Positions 39,940 to 52,683 are shown, counted from the first letter of the stretch. The stretch is 64,000 nt of DNA from Octopus vulgaris (GCA_951406725.2 OX597833.1:19716001-19780000), one strand, 5' to 3'. Notes: a model not told the origin generated them from the letters alone. Translations and numbers: made by a program.

Positions 39940-41211
39940 TGCAGGAGTGGCTGTGTCGTAAGAAGCTTGCTTACCAACCACATGGTTCCGGATTCAGTCC
40001 CACTGTATGGCACCTTGGGCAAGTGTCTTATAGCCTCGGGCTGAGCAAAGTCTTGTGAGTGGACAGAATTTGAAAGCCCATATATGTTTGTGTCTGTGTT
40101 CATCCCCTGTGCTTGACAACCGATGCTGGTGTGTTCACATCTCTGTAACTTAGCAGTTCAGCATAAAAGACCGATAGAATAAGTCTTAGGGTTGATTTGC
40201 TCGACTAAAGGCAGTGCTCCAGCATAGCTGCAGTCAAATGCCTGAAACAAATAAAAGAATATATATATATATAAAACAACAGAAATCATGTTAGCGATAT
40301 TTGACAGCAAACGGCAATGTGGGGGGAAGGAGAAAGTAAAGGAAGAAAAAAGAAAGAATTGAGAGAAGCAGAAAAAAGAAAGTAATTGGTGTGGGTTACT
40401 TATGGGAGTGGGGAAATATGTTAGTCTTACCGATGCTTTCTACCAAATAAGCATCCAAAGCAAACTTAAAAGAGAAAGTAATCTGAGAGTAGTGATAGAA
40501 AGCATAAATGTAGGAGTGGGTGTGTGGTAAGTAGCTTGCTAACCAACCACACGGTTCCGGGTTCAGTCCCACTGCGTGGCATCTTGGGCAAGTGTCTTCT
40601 GCTATAGCCCCGGGCCGACCAATGCCTTGTGAGTGGATTTGGTAGACAGAAACTGAAAGAAGCCTGTCGTATATATATATATATATATATAAGTGTATGT
40701 GTTTGTGTGTCTGTTTGTCCCCGTAGCATTGCTTGACAACCAATGCTGGTGTGTTTACGTCCCCATCACTTAGCGGTTCGGCAAAAGAGACCGATAGAAT
40801 AAGTACTGGGCTTACAAAGAATAAGTCCCGGGGTCAATTTGCTCGACTAAAGGCAGTGCTCCAGCATGGCCGCAGTCAAATGACTGAAACAAGTAAAAGA
40901 GTAATGAGATATATATGTAAACAATCTATATATACACACATTACAACCGTTGCATCTATATGCATACACAAATATATATGTATATGTATAAATACTTCTT
41001 GTATTCAATCTAATAATGTTATAATGTATTTATATTTTCTGGTTAATTTTTCCTCCCTTGCCCTCAACTGGTAGCAAAAACCAGACCGTTACGTTTTTGA
41101 AAAACAGTCACCCAATCAAATTCAAATGCTTATAATAGTTATTTGAGTCTGTTTTTCTCCACCTTGTTTTTTTCTATTTGTGCTTTCTTGTGTGTGTGTG
41201 TGTGTGCGTGT

Positions 41212-41265
<54 letters not shown>

Positions 41266-41469
41266 CAGAGGTAGAGTAATATGCTTTATTTAAAAGCAGC
41301 AGAAATATAACACTCTTTCTTCCTGTTTCTGTTGTACTTGTATTTCAAAGGGCCAGTCTTGTCATACTCTGTGTCATGCTGAATCTCCCTGAGAACTACG
41401 TTAACGGTACACGTGTCTGTGGAGTGCTCAACCACTTGCATGTTAATTTCACATGTTCTATTTCTATTT

Positions 41470-41524
41470 TAACAAAACTCTCTGACGAACGGGAACGTGA
41501 AACTCTGAGTAACAGCTTTTGTTA
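41470..41524 (+). ncRNA. Minimal type I hammerhead ribozyme
   Basis: uaacaaaacucu-CUGACGA-acg(ggaa)cgu-GAAA-cucugag-UA-acagcuuuuguua; AATAAA about 30 nt downstream of the cleavage site. Confidence 0.82.
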
Positions 41525-41794
41525 TATTTCTGCTGCTTTTAAATAAAGTGTATATATATATATATATATATATATCATCATCATCATCATTTAGCGTCCG
41601 TTTTCCATGCTAGCATGGGTTGGACGGTTCAACTGGGGTCTGTGAAGCTGGAAGGCTTCATCAGGCCCAGTCAGATCTGGCAGTGTTTCTACGGCTGAAT
41701 GCCCTTCCTAACGCCAACCACTCCGTGAGTGTAGTGGGTGCTTTTTACGTGCCACCCGCACAGGTGCCAGACAGAGCTGGCAAACGGCCCACAC

Positions 41795-42190
41795 CTGGCG
41801 ATGTTTGTCAAATCAGAATTCGGACACCATGTCCCACCCAAATAGAGAGTTATAGTTTACAGAGACATATCTTGGTAAACGAAGTTTATGCGGGATTTTT
41901 TGAAGGAATTTTTCCAGAGACTTCTTGAAATTTATGGGGTCTGTTTCTGCTTTAATGTGTTTTGATATTATGTTAAAGAGAGTGGGGCCACTTGATGTGA
42001 GATAATTGTGCCAAATTGTTATTATGAGATGCAAGTGGGATTTATGTGGTTGGTGGACCGCATGGGGCAGAAGTCTTGGGTGTATCTTAAAGGAGATGCC
42101 AGCATCATTCGGGAACTGCTGCTGGAATATTTTCCACATCATGCAGATGATACAGCGCTCGTGACGACATTGACAAGGTTAACACATCCC
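41795..42190 (-). mobile_element. CR1/L2-group LINE C-terminal remnant
   Basis: GPTLFNIISKHIK..FKKSLEKFLQKIP..YVSVNYNSL. Confidence 0.65.
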
Positions 42191-42430
42191 CTAATTCTAT
42201 ACTTATATGTATATACATTCAATTTATATATATATGTATATATGAGTATATACATGTATGTATAGACAGATAGATGAATTGATGGATAGGTGTGAGCGTA
42301 TACATATTTCGGTCTTACCTATTTTTTCTAAATACATACACCCACATACATTCATACATGTGTGTTTCTAAATTGACACAAAAGGTTGACCTAAGATTTG
42401 AATAGGGATAAGAAATTTAATGACAATAAA

Positions 42431-43947
42431 TCATCATCATCATCATCATCATTTAGCGTCCGTTTTCCATGCTAGCATGGGTTGGACGGTTCAACTGGGG
42501 TCTGGGGAGCCCGAAGGCTGCACCAGGCCAGTCAGATCTGGCAGTGTTTCTACAGCTGGATGCCCTTCCTAACGCCAACCACTCCGAGAGTGTAGTGGGT
42601 GATTTTATGTGCCACCGACACAGGTGCCAGACGAGGCTGGCGAACGGCCACGCTCGGATGGTGTTTTTATGTGCCACCGACACAGGTGCCAGACGAGGCT
42701 GGCAGACGGCCACGCTCGGATGGTGTTTTTATGTGCCACCGACACAGGTGCCAGACGAGGCTGGCAGACGGCCACGCTCGGATGGTGTTTTTATGTGCCA
42801 CCGACACAGGTGCCAGATGAGGCTGGCAGACGGCCACGATCGGATGGTGTTTGTTACGTCCCCAAAGCACGGAGGCCAGTCTATGCGGTACTGGCTACGG
42901 CCACGTTCGGATGATTTTCTTGTGTGCCACCGGCACTGGTACCACAAAGATACAAATTCCATTTATGTTCATCTATTTTGATTTGATTTGATTTGATTTT
43001 CACTTGCCTCAACAGGTCTTCACAAGTGTCACAAGAAGGAAGGTATGCACAGGTGGACTGTCTACGTCGCCGGGTCTTCGGATGGTGTCTTTATGTGCCA
43101 CCGACACAGGTGCCAGATGTGGCTGGCGAACGGCCACGATCGGATGGTTTTCTTGTGTGCCACCGGTACTGGAACCACAAAGATACAAATTCCATTGATG
43201 TTCATCTATTTTGATTTGGTTTGATTTTGATTTTGATTTTTTGATTTTCACTTGCCTCAACAGGTCTTCACAAGTGTCACGCGTGTCACACACTTGCCTC
43301 AACAGGTCTCCACAAGTGTCACACACTTGCCTCTGCCTCAACAGGTCTTCACAAAGTGTCACACACTTGCCTCTGCCTCAACAGGTCTTCACAAGTGTCA
43401 TAAGAGGGAAGGTATGCACAGGTGGACTGACTACGTCGCCGGGTCTTTGGATGGTGTTTTTATGTGCCACCGACACAGGTGCCAGGTGAGGCTGGCGAAC
43501 GGCCACGATCAGATGGTGTTTGTTGTGCCCACAGCACGGAGGCCAGTCGATGCGGTACCAGCTACGGCCACGTTCGGATGGTTTTCTTGTGTGCCACCTG
43601 TACTGGAACCACAAAGATACAAATTCCATTGATATTCATCTATTTTGATTTGGTTTGATTTTCACTTGCCTCAACAGGTCTTCACAAGGGTCACACACTT
43701 GCCTCAACAGGTCTCCACCAGTGTCACACACTTGCCTCTGCCTCAATAGGTCTTCACAAGTGTCACACACTTGCCTCAACAGGTCTTCACAAGTGTCATA
43801 AGAGGGAAGGTATGCACAGGTGGACTGACTACGTCGCCGGGTCTTCGGATGGTGTCTTTATGTGCCACCGGCACAGGTGCCAGATGAGGCTGGCGAACGG
43901 CCACGATCGGATGGTGTTTGTTGTGCCCACAGCACGGAGGCCAGTCG
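42431..43947 (-). mobile_element. RTE 3' UTR with nested tandem amplification
   Basis: (CAT)n tail, 61-bp repeats, then repeated larger blocks and 27-33 bp CACTTGCCTCAACAGGTCTTCACAAGTGTCA repeats. Confidence 0.9.
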
Positions 43948-45502
43948 AGATATTTTAGAATTTCTTTAGAATTGTTAAAGAAAAGAAATAGTGAGTCACA
44001 AATTTGAATGTGTGTTTCATTGTGTAAGAAATAGCAGGTACGCAGATAGCTATGTATATGTACATATATATGCATATAAATACGTGTGTATGAATGTATG
44101 TGGGTGTATGTGTACAGTTGTATTTGTATTTCAGTATGTTGTTGTTTATGTTTGCACACACATGTGTGTGTGTGTGTGTGTGTATACCTATGTTTGGATT
44201 TATACGTGTGTGTATGATTGTTTGTAGTTATGTATATACGTAAACATGAATTCTTCATGTATGTATATATATATTTATGTATATATGGTGATAATGATGA
44301 TGGCTATCCACTCATGAGTAAAAAAGGCCATCACTGACCATCTACCATGCGAAATGTCTGCAAGGACAGTTCTAAGTAGTATTGTGTTCATGGTCAGCTT
44401 TATTCAGATTCGCAGCTGTGGCCTTCATGCATGCCACAGGGCCCTCCTAATTGACCAAGCATCGTAAATGACTCTTACCTAGCGATTGTACATCCTACAA
44501 TTTTAAATCCAATAAGGCTTGGCTGACCCCTCACTGATCCTTTGCACCCTATTGACATGATCCAGAGACAAGCCAGGACAAGCTATCAAGTGCCAATGTG
44601 TGTCACAGTCTGAATGTGGGGGTATTATGATCCCATGCGCAATCTGTTGTGTCTGGGGAGAGTCATTCTCTTTTAGTACCTTATTATTTAACACACTCAC
44701 CGGTAAAATTTCCACTTATTTCGTCTTTTTATTTTCCTAAAATTTTCGTTGCGTCTTGCAACCTTTTCAATAGTTTTGACTCTGTCTGTTATTTAAACTG
44801 CGTTCCCTTTTGTTTGTTTGTGCGCATGTGTGTGGGTCAGTGTGTGTGTGTGTGTGTGCCTATACATGTACGTATGTATGTGTGTGTGTGTGTGTTTGCA
44901 TGTGTATGTATGTATATATGTGTGCATGCATATGTATGTATGTGTGTGCATCTGTATGTACGTATCCTGCATATTTATGTGCTTACCTGTCTGTGTTTGT
45001 GTATTTTCTATGTATGCGTGTGTGAGCATGTGTTTGTATATGTATGCACCTCTGTCTCCTTGTGTGTGCATATCTGTGTGTGTGTGTGTGTGTTATGTAA
45101 CTATGTACCATGTTTGTATGTATGGATGTGCATCTTTATATGTGTGGATCCGTGTCTCCATATGTGTCTGTTCTTGTAACCTATGTACCTATCCGTCTGA
45201 AATGGTTTTTAAAGAAATATTTCCAGAGTTTTCAAATGCAAAGAACACTTTCCCTTTTTCTCTGTGACTCTGTCTCTCTTTTTTGAACTGTTGTGGGTTG
45301 TAGAGGCGTGTTTGAAGTTACACAGTATAAACATGGACATCTTCCAAACACATACGCACACACGCATGCTCACACATACACACGCACTCACACATTTTTA
45401 AACATCTTTTTCTTGATTCTGTCATTTCGCTGCGGCCATGCTGGGGCAGCGCCTTGAAGAATTTTCGTCTATAGAATTGACACCATTGATTATATATATA
45501 TA

Positions 45503-45897
45503 CTAGCAGTATCGCCCGGCGTTGCTCGGGTTTGTAAGGGAAATAATTATATAAGCATTTTTAGAGATGTAAAGTATAATAGCCATCTCAATATGGCTAA
45601 CCACAAAGGGGGAGGGGTGTTACTGTAGCTTTTTACGTTCTGAGATTTAATAATAAATTTTAGAGAGTTACTTCCCTTATATATGTCAAAAATGGATTAA
45701 AAATGGGAAAAATTGATGGTAATTTTTTTTTAAAATCGTAGACTCATCGTAGACGCGCGCTAATACCCAGACAGTCTCGATATGAATCACGACTATAAGA
45801 TACCTGGTTTTGGTTAAACTGCACCGCAAAATGTGGGAGTAGTTAGGAATCTAAATCGTAGGAGACAGACACACAACCTCACTTTTATATATAAAGA
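45503..45897 (-). mobile_element. Non-autonomous Helitron
   Basis: Minus strand A|TCTTTATATATAAAAG...CCCGAGCAACGCCGGG hairpin...CTAG|T, no TSD. Confidence 0.88.
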
Positions 45898-46191
45898 TTT
45901 CCTCTATTTACATAATATTGAGGTCTCTTTCTTTCTTTTGTTATCTTACTGTTTTTACCAATATACATATATATATATATATATAAATGTATAAATAGTT
46001 ACAGAGATGTACTTGCATAGCAAGTGACTTGATCTGAGATCGTGTGCTGGAACGAAAACAGTTGCAGCGTTGAAGGTGTTTATAAGCCATTTAAGAAACA
46101 CACAAAAACCGTTAGATTCACTTCAACATTTAAATTTAATTTGTCAAAATATTTTCGTCGCTTTGAGACCGCGACCTGTTAGCACGATATT

Positions 46192-46242
46192 TTTGTCAGT
46201 GAACAGGTCGCGGTCTCAAAGCGACGAAAATATTTTGGCAAA
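46192..46242 (+). ncRNA. Type I hammerhead variant with G3-C8 core
   Basis: uuuguca-GUGAACA-G-gucgc(ggucucaaa)gcgac-GAAA-auau-UU-uggcaaa. Confidence 0.78.
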
Positions 46243-46665
46243 TGAAATTTAAATGTTGAAGTGAATGTAACGGTTTTTGTGTGTTTCTTAAATGGCTTAC
46301 AAACACCTTCCACGCTGCAATATATATATACACACATATATATATATATATGTATGTATGCATGTATGTGTGTGTGTGTGCGTGTCTGTGCTTGTGATTG
46401 TCCTCCACCACTGCTTGACAACGAATGTTGGTTTGTTTACATCCCTGTCACCTAGTGGTTTGACAAAGGAAACAGATAGAATAAGTACAATGCTTACAAA
46501 AACAAAACTGGAGTTGATTCATTAAACTACAATTCTTCAAGGCATTGCCCCAGCATGGCCACAGACCAATGGCTGGAAAAAGCAGAAGAATAAAAGAATA
46601 CATTCTCTGCTTTGGTCTTATGTTCAAGGCATAAGAAAGCTTGAGTTTACATGAGAATGCCTAAC

Positions 46666-47140
46666 AGACCTGGTAGAAACAGCAGCCAAATCTCCCTCAA
46701 ATCACACCTTACTGTCTTATGTATGTATATATATATGAGCCAATGAGGGGGACCTCTACATGGTAGCTAGACCTGGTAGAAATAGCAGACAAATTTCCCC
46801 CAAATCACACCTTACTGTCTTATCTATGTATATATGTATGTATGAGCCTATGAGGGAGACCCCTACATGGCAGCTAGACCTGGTAGAAATAGCAGCCAAA
46901 TTTCCCCCAAATCACACCTTACTGTCTTATCTATGTATATATGTATGTATGAGCCTATGAGGGAGACCCCTACATGGCAGCTAGACCTGGTAGAAATAGC
47001 AGCCAAATTTCCCCCAAATCACACCTTACTGTCTTATCTATGTATAATGTATGAGCCTATGAGGGAGACCCCTACATGGCAGCTAGACATGGTAGAAATA
47101 GCAGCCAAATCTCCCTCAAATCACACCTTACTGTCTTATC
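46666..47140. repeat. ~107-bp tandem repeat, about 4.5 copies, derived from a dispersed repeat
   Basis: AGACCTGGTAGAAATAGCAGCCAAAT..CAAATCACACCTTACTGTCTTAT repeated; monomeric relatives near 14990, 21300, 21500. Confidence 0.92.
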
Positions 47141-47224
47141 TTTCTGCTACTTATATTCGTGGTAAAAAACTTTCCTGTCACACACTCACGCACACACGCA
47201 CCCTCACACACACACACACGCGTG

Positions 47225-47271
<47 letters not shown>

Positions 47272-47820
47272 GTTAGCTTACAATTTTATTTATATATTTG
47301 CGTGTCTATGTGTTGAAAGAGGAAGTGGGAGGCAGAGTGAAAGAATCACTCACTACAGTAAGTAAATTACTTTCATTTTATTCGCTGCCCACTGTGTGTG
47401 TGCGTTTGCGTGTGGTGTAAACCAGACTAAGAAAAGCATTTGACACACACACCAGAATGTGAGTTTTCTGTAAATTTTGCTTAATTGGAGTTTAAATTTT
47501 AAAAACTGGACCTGGCATGACGCGATGCATTGTACTCTTAAAATTGCTAGGTAAATTGTAATTGAAGAAATCCTATATTGTAGATTTGTATAACTCCCAA
47601 AGGGAGGCAGATAAAATCTGCCTTTTATAATAAGAGATATATATATATATATACTTCGTGGAAAATAGCGATTTTGACGTCTATATCTAATATGTTGACC
47701 GTCCACTTTTAGTGGTCAGTCCTTTAAATTTTGTATGTAAAAATATTTTAATCTTCGTATTTTTTCTAATATGCTAGGCCACTGGTTTTAATTGATTAAT
47801 ATCAGTTTCTACCCTTATTA

Positions 47821-47863
<43 letters not shown>

Positions 47864-47867
47864 AATA

Positions 47868-48450
47868 TAGAAGGTGGTATCAAAAAGTTCCAGGAGTAGT
47901 TGTATTTAATAAAAGAACTCGTTTACTTAAGTTTGAACATCATTTCTTTTGAAATAGTCACCTTGTGCAACAATACACTCGTCCTAGTTTTTCTGCCACT
48001 TTTGGAATCCAATCTGGAAGTCATTTTCCATGAGTCAAGGACCTTCTGCGATTCATTCCGGATCTTGACAACAGTGATCTTTGAGCTGCGTTTTCATCTT
48101 GGGGACAGAGCAGGAATCCCGCAGGTGTTATACCTGGCAAATAGGATGGGTGTGGAACTGGCACCATGTTATTTTGGGTGAGAAACTCATGAGTGAAGAG
48201 AGTTCGGTGGCAGGGTGCATTGTTATGAAGAACCCCATTCTTTGCACTTTCACCGAATATCCTGCCACAAACACTTCAAGACGTCACAGTAGAACTCTTG
48301 ATTGGCAATCTGGTCCTGGGGGGACAAATTCTAGATTCACAATACCACATTTCTGGGAGTGATGCTTGTGGCATGTCTTCCAGGGATGTTCTTCCACTTT
48401 TGAAGCTCCTGTACCACTTGAAATATTGCATACAACCCATTGCCTCATAT
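47868..48450 (-). mobile_element. Deleted mariner of the same family as 23310-24050
   Basis: Same TIR; FQKWQKN*DECIVAQGDYFK C-terminus; EFVPPG motif. Confidence 0.7.
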
Positions 48451-48536
48451 ACATACTGACATACATATATACACACACACATACATACATATATATATAC
48501 ACACACACACACATACGTATATGTACACACATATAC

Positions 48537-48569
<33 letters not shown>

Positions 48570-48996
48570 TACATATATAGGGCAGCAGACTCGCGGTTGT
48601 AGGATTTCGGTTTCAATTCCCAGACCGGGTGTTGTGAGTATTTATTGATCAAAAACACCTAAAGGTTCACGAGGTTCCGGCAGGGGGTGGTGGTGAACCC
48701 TGCTGTACTCTTTCACCACAATTTTCTCTCACTCTTTCTTTCTGTTTCTGCTGTACCTGTATCTCAAAGGGCCAGCCTTGTCACACTCTGTGTCACGCTG
48801 AATATCCCCGAGAACTACATTAACGGTACACATATCTGTGGAGTGCTCAGCCACTTGCATGTTAATTTCACGAGCAGGCTGTTCCGTTGGATTGGATCAA
48901 CTGGAACCCTCATCATCGTAACCGACGGAGTTCCATCAATATATGTACACACACATCATACATACGCATATAAGTACACATGTGTGTGTATCGTTC

Positions 48997-49385
48997 TTAA
49001 ACAAGAATGTTGTTGACAGTAACTTCTAAGTTTCGGCCAGTTAAATCTGATGACTGCCATGTATTACTTAGTTTTGACTTTATATAGTCTCTGTTGAGTT
49101 AACATCATTTTGGGGTGTGTGAGAGTATGAGCAGGGTGGTAGTTAGGTTTTTATGGTAGGTTGTTATGGAAAGGTGTTTTTTAAAATTTTTTAATTGATT
49201 AAAGACACATTCCCATAACAACATGCCATAGAAACCAAATTACCAACCCACTCACACTCACCCATTCAGAGATGAATTTAACTCAACAGAGGCTATATAT
49301 GAAGGCAAGACTAACTCCAATGCATCACAGTCTGGTGATAACTGGCCGAAACTTTGAATTCACTGCCAACAACATTCTTGTTTAA
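48997..49385. repeat. Imperfect fold-back inverted repeat (MITE-like)
   Basis: Arms pair along most of their ~190 bp, e.g. TTAAACAAGAATGTTGTTG/CAACAACATTCTTGTTTAA and AAGTTTCGGCCAGTTA/TAACTGGCCGAAACTT. Confidence 0.9.
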
Positions 49386-49620
49386 AAATAATGAATTTGT
49401 ACTCTACAAAAATATAGAGTATCCCATCAGATGAATGTGAAAATGTTTTATTATAAAGTAGTTGTATACTGTCAACTTAATGTGACAGTCCCATGAAGGG
49501 AATCACACCACTGCTATTTAGCCCTAGGAAGCATCAACGCTTCCTGTTGGCCTTGACGCATTTCCTGTGTCCTTATGTTTACAAGGGGGAGACAAGCACC
49601 CCCACCCAGCTAAGCCTGCA

Positions 49621-49662
49621 TCCAGAGACTAGTTTCTGAGTTTTGCTCGTCATCAGTCTGGA
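49621..49662 (-). ncRNA. Minimal type I hammerhead ribozyme (PLE/retrozyme type)
   Basis: uccaga-CUGAUGA-cgag(caaaa)cuca-GAAA-cuag-UC-ucugga; perfect 6-bp stem I, palindromic ACUAGU stem III, GUC site. Confidence 0.9.
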
Positions 49663-50574
49663 GTAGCATGGCCTGCTAGCTGGAGATGCTTATCTAGGCC
49701 TTGTAAACATAGAGTAGTTGTATACTGTCAATTTAATGTGACAGTCCCATGAAGGGAATCACACCACTACTATTTAGCCCTATCGAACTACTACAGCTTA
49801 TATTTCTCTGAGATATTTAGAAATGTAATATTTCTATGTTTTATTATAATTGAACATAAAGAAGCACACACAAATTTTATGTATGGTGTGTATAATTCTT
49901 TTTTTTTTGTTTTTTATTCTCTTCATATCTCTCCATATTGCAGATCATTCCCTTACATTTTAGGACCTGCAGTCTTTGTTTTTAATTGTTACCCAGCTCA
50001 AGCTTTCATTCTTTTCAGTTCTCTGCCTGCATGAATTTTATTTTGGTTGTAGTATCCCTTACTAACCATTTCATCTTAATAACAATAATCCATTATCTGT
50101 CATTATTCAGAGAACTTTAATAATCAATCACTTCTAATGCTGGAAATATTTAAAGAACCACACAAGAAATATATGTGATTTATCAATTTCAGAATCAAAA
50201 ATTTTTTGAAGTGTTGTTTCATTATTCAATTTTAATTCTAAATATAATGCTCTCATGTTCAGTTGAAATAATTAGTTGAAATAACCAACTATTAAAATCA
50301 AGGTGGAAATTATTTTTTATATCCTGTTATTGCAGAGAGAATAGTTTGGGGGTAAAACCTAGATTTAAATATATGGTGGTTTTTGTGGCTGAGTGGTTTA
50401 CACCACAGTTCAGCTTTGATCCCTACTAAAGGTAGCCTTTTGAAAACAGCAAGAAGACCCCTAGGAGTCTTTAGAGGATCAGAAGCTAACAAGCTGAAAC
50501 ACTTGCTTCATGGGAGTTCTTCTGTAGATTCCTCCTGTCTGTTCACCCTATGGCAAGTTTCCACTTATTCCTCA

Positions 50575-50877
50575 CTAGCAGTATCACCCGCCGTTGCTCG
50601 GGTTTGTTTCGACACTTTAGAATTGGAATTTTTGAAAAGCAAAAATTTTGCATCATGTAGCTTGTTTTTCTCTTTCAGTGAACATTTTGATGTAAAAAGT
50701 TTTTGGTCTTAACATGGTCTGATTTGATTTTTTTCTTCTACGGAATGAAGAGCAAGCCTTCTTCTATCATACTCTCAATGTTGGTCAACTTGCGCTGCAG
50801 GGTCTCGGAGGAGATAGTGTTAGTTGAAGGCTACCAAACCTGCCATACACAGACAACTTCAGCTTTATATATAAAGA
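50575..50877 (-). mobile_element. Non-autonomous Helitron
   Basis: Same TC.../hairpin-CTAG termini as 45503-45897, inserted between A and T. Confidence 0.85.
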
Positions 50878-52646
50878 TTAGTTGACTGTGTAATTCTCTC
50901 TCTCTCTTACTTTCTTTTTGCAGGAAGTACACTTATCTAACTTCTATATCACGTGTGATGAAAGTGGTTCTAAGTGGGACTTAGGGTTTTATTGCTGTTT
51001 CTTCCCAACTAATATACTCATTAGTTTATTGTGTTATTTGTCCCCTCTTTCTCTCCATTTGTTGCTGTCTGTCTCTCAGTCCAGTCATTATGTCAAATCT
51101 GATCTTTACTTTTGTTTTTGATATCAGTTGTCAAAGAGTCTACTTCCCTGTAAATGATGTAACCCTTAGTCATGTCCTTTCGTCAAATGCTTACTCTCTT
51201 ACTTGTTCCAGTCATTTGACTGCGGCCATGCTGGAACACCGCCTTTAGTTGAGCAAATCGACCCCGGGACTTATTCTTTGTAAGCCTAGTACTTATTCTA
51301 TCAGTTTCTTTTGCCGAACTGCTAAGTCACGGGGACATAAACACACCAGCATTGGTCATCAAGCGATGTTAGTGGGGACAAACACAGACACACAAACACA
51401 CACATATATATATATGCATATAAATATATACGACGGGCTTCTTTCAGTTTCCCTCTACCAAATCCACTCAAGGCTTTGGTTGGCCTGAGACTATAGTAGA
51501 AGACACCTGCCCAAGGTGCCACACAGTGGGACTGAACCCAGAACCATGTGGTTGGTAAGCAAGCTACTTATCACACAGCCATTCCTGTGCCTAGTTTAAA
51601 AAATTTTTTTAAATTTTTTCCCTGGCATTGATTACTTCCTTTAGCAGGATGTAAACTTTCAATGACTCATCCTGCAAATTCACTTTCTCTTCCTGGTTTC
51701 AGTTCACTTTATTTAGCTCACAAAAATATTCCCAAGAAATGGCACAAATTCTGTTGCAAAATTCCATATGCCCTTAGTGGCCTAGTGGTTAGGGCAGCGG
51801 ACTTGCGGTCGGAGGATCGCGGTTTCGATTCCCAGACCGGGCGTTGTGTGTGTTTATTGAGCGAAAACACCTAAAAAGCTCCACGAGGCTCCGGCAGGAG
51901 GTGGTGATCCCTGCTGTACTCTTTCACCACTCTAAAAGGCGGTGCTCCAGCATGGCCGCAGTCAAATGACTGAAACAAGTACAAAAAAAAAAAAAAACCC
52001 CATTTTCTGTCTATTTTGTATTTTAAGTAATAATCTTTTCAAATATATGTACAGGGCCTGTAATTTCGGGCGACCCCTGACCAGTTTTCAACTGGTACTT
52101 ATTTCATTGACCTCTGAAAGGATGAAAGGCAAAGTTGTCCTCAGCAGAATTTAAACTCAGAACGTAACAATGGACAAAATGCCGTCTTTATGCTTCAAGT
52201 AATAATAAATCAATATTCAGTTGTTTTTGCAATGGGGATTTTTCAGGAAGCTGTTACTGTGCCCATTAGATATTCCTAGAACAAAGGATTTCCTATTAAT
52301 AAGGTTGTTTTTTTCTGTTTTACTTCCTTTGTTATTTTTTTCTATTGAACAGGATATGTTTTGACACACACACACACACACATATAGACTTTTCTTTACT
52401 AGTTTCAGCTCGATAGCTGCAGCCAAGCTGGGGCACTGCTTTTAAGATATTTATATATAAATACATATATATTAGAAAATGTGTGAGATCCTTGGTACAG
52501 TTAGGTATATTTGAAAAAAAGGAAAAGAATGATTTCACTGGTAGTTCTAATCAGTTTAACTAAAATTTATATTATCAAAAAAATTTTTAAATAATAAATT
52601 AAACTGATTAGAACTACCAGTGAAGTCACTCTTTTTCTTTTTTCAA

Positions 52647-52683
<37 letters not shown>

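Noticed and set aside
49035-49347. Box C/D snoRNA or kink-turn reading of the fold-back's internal loop
   Set aside because: Box C lacks the initial purine, box D would be GUGA, and the bulge length is wrong.
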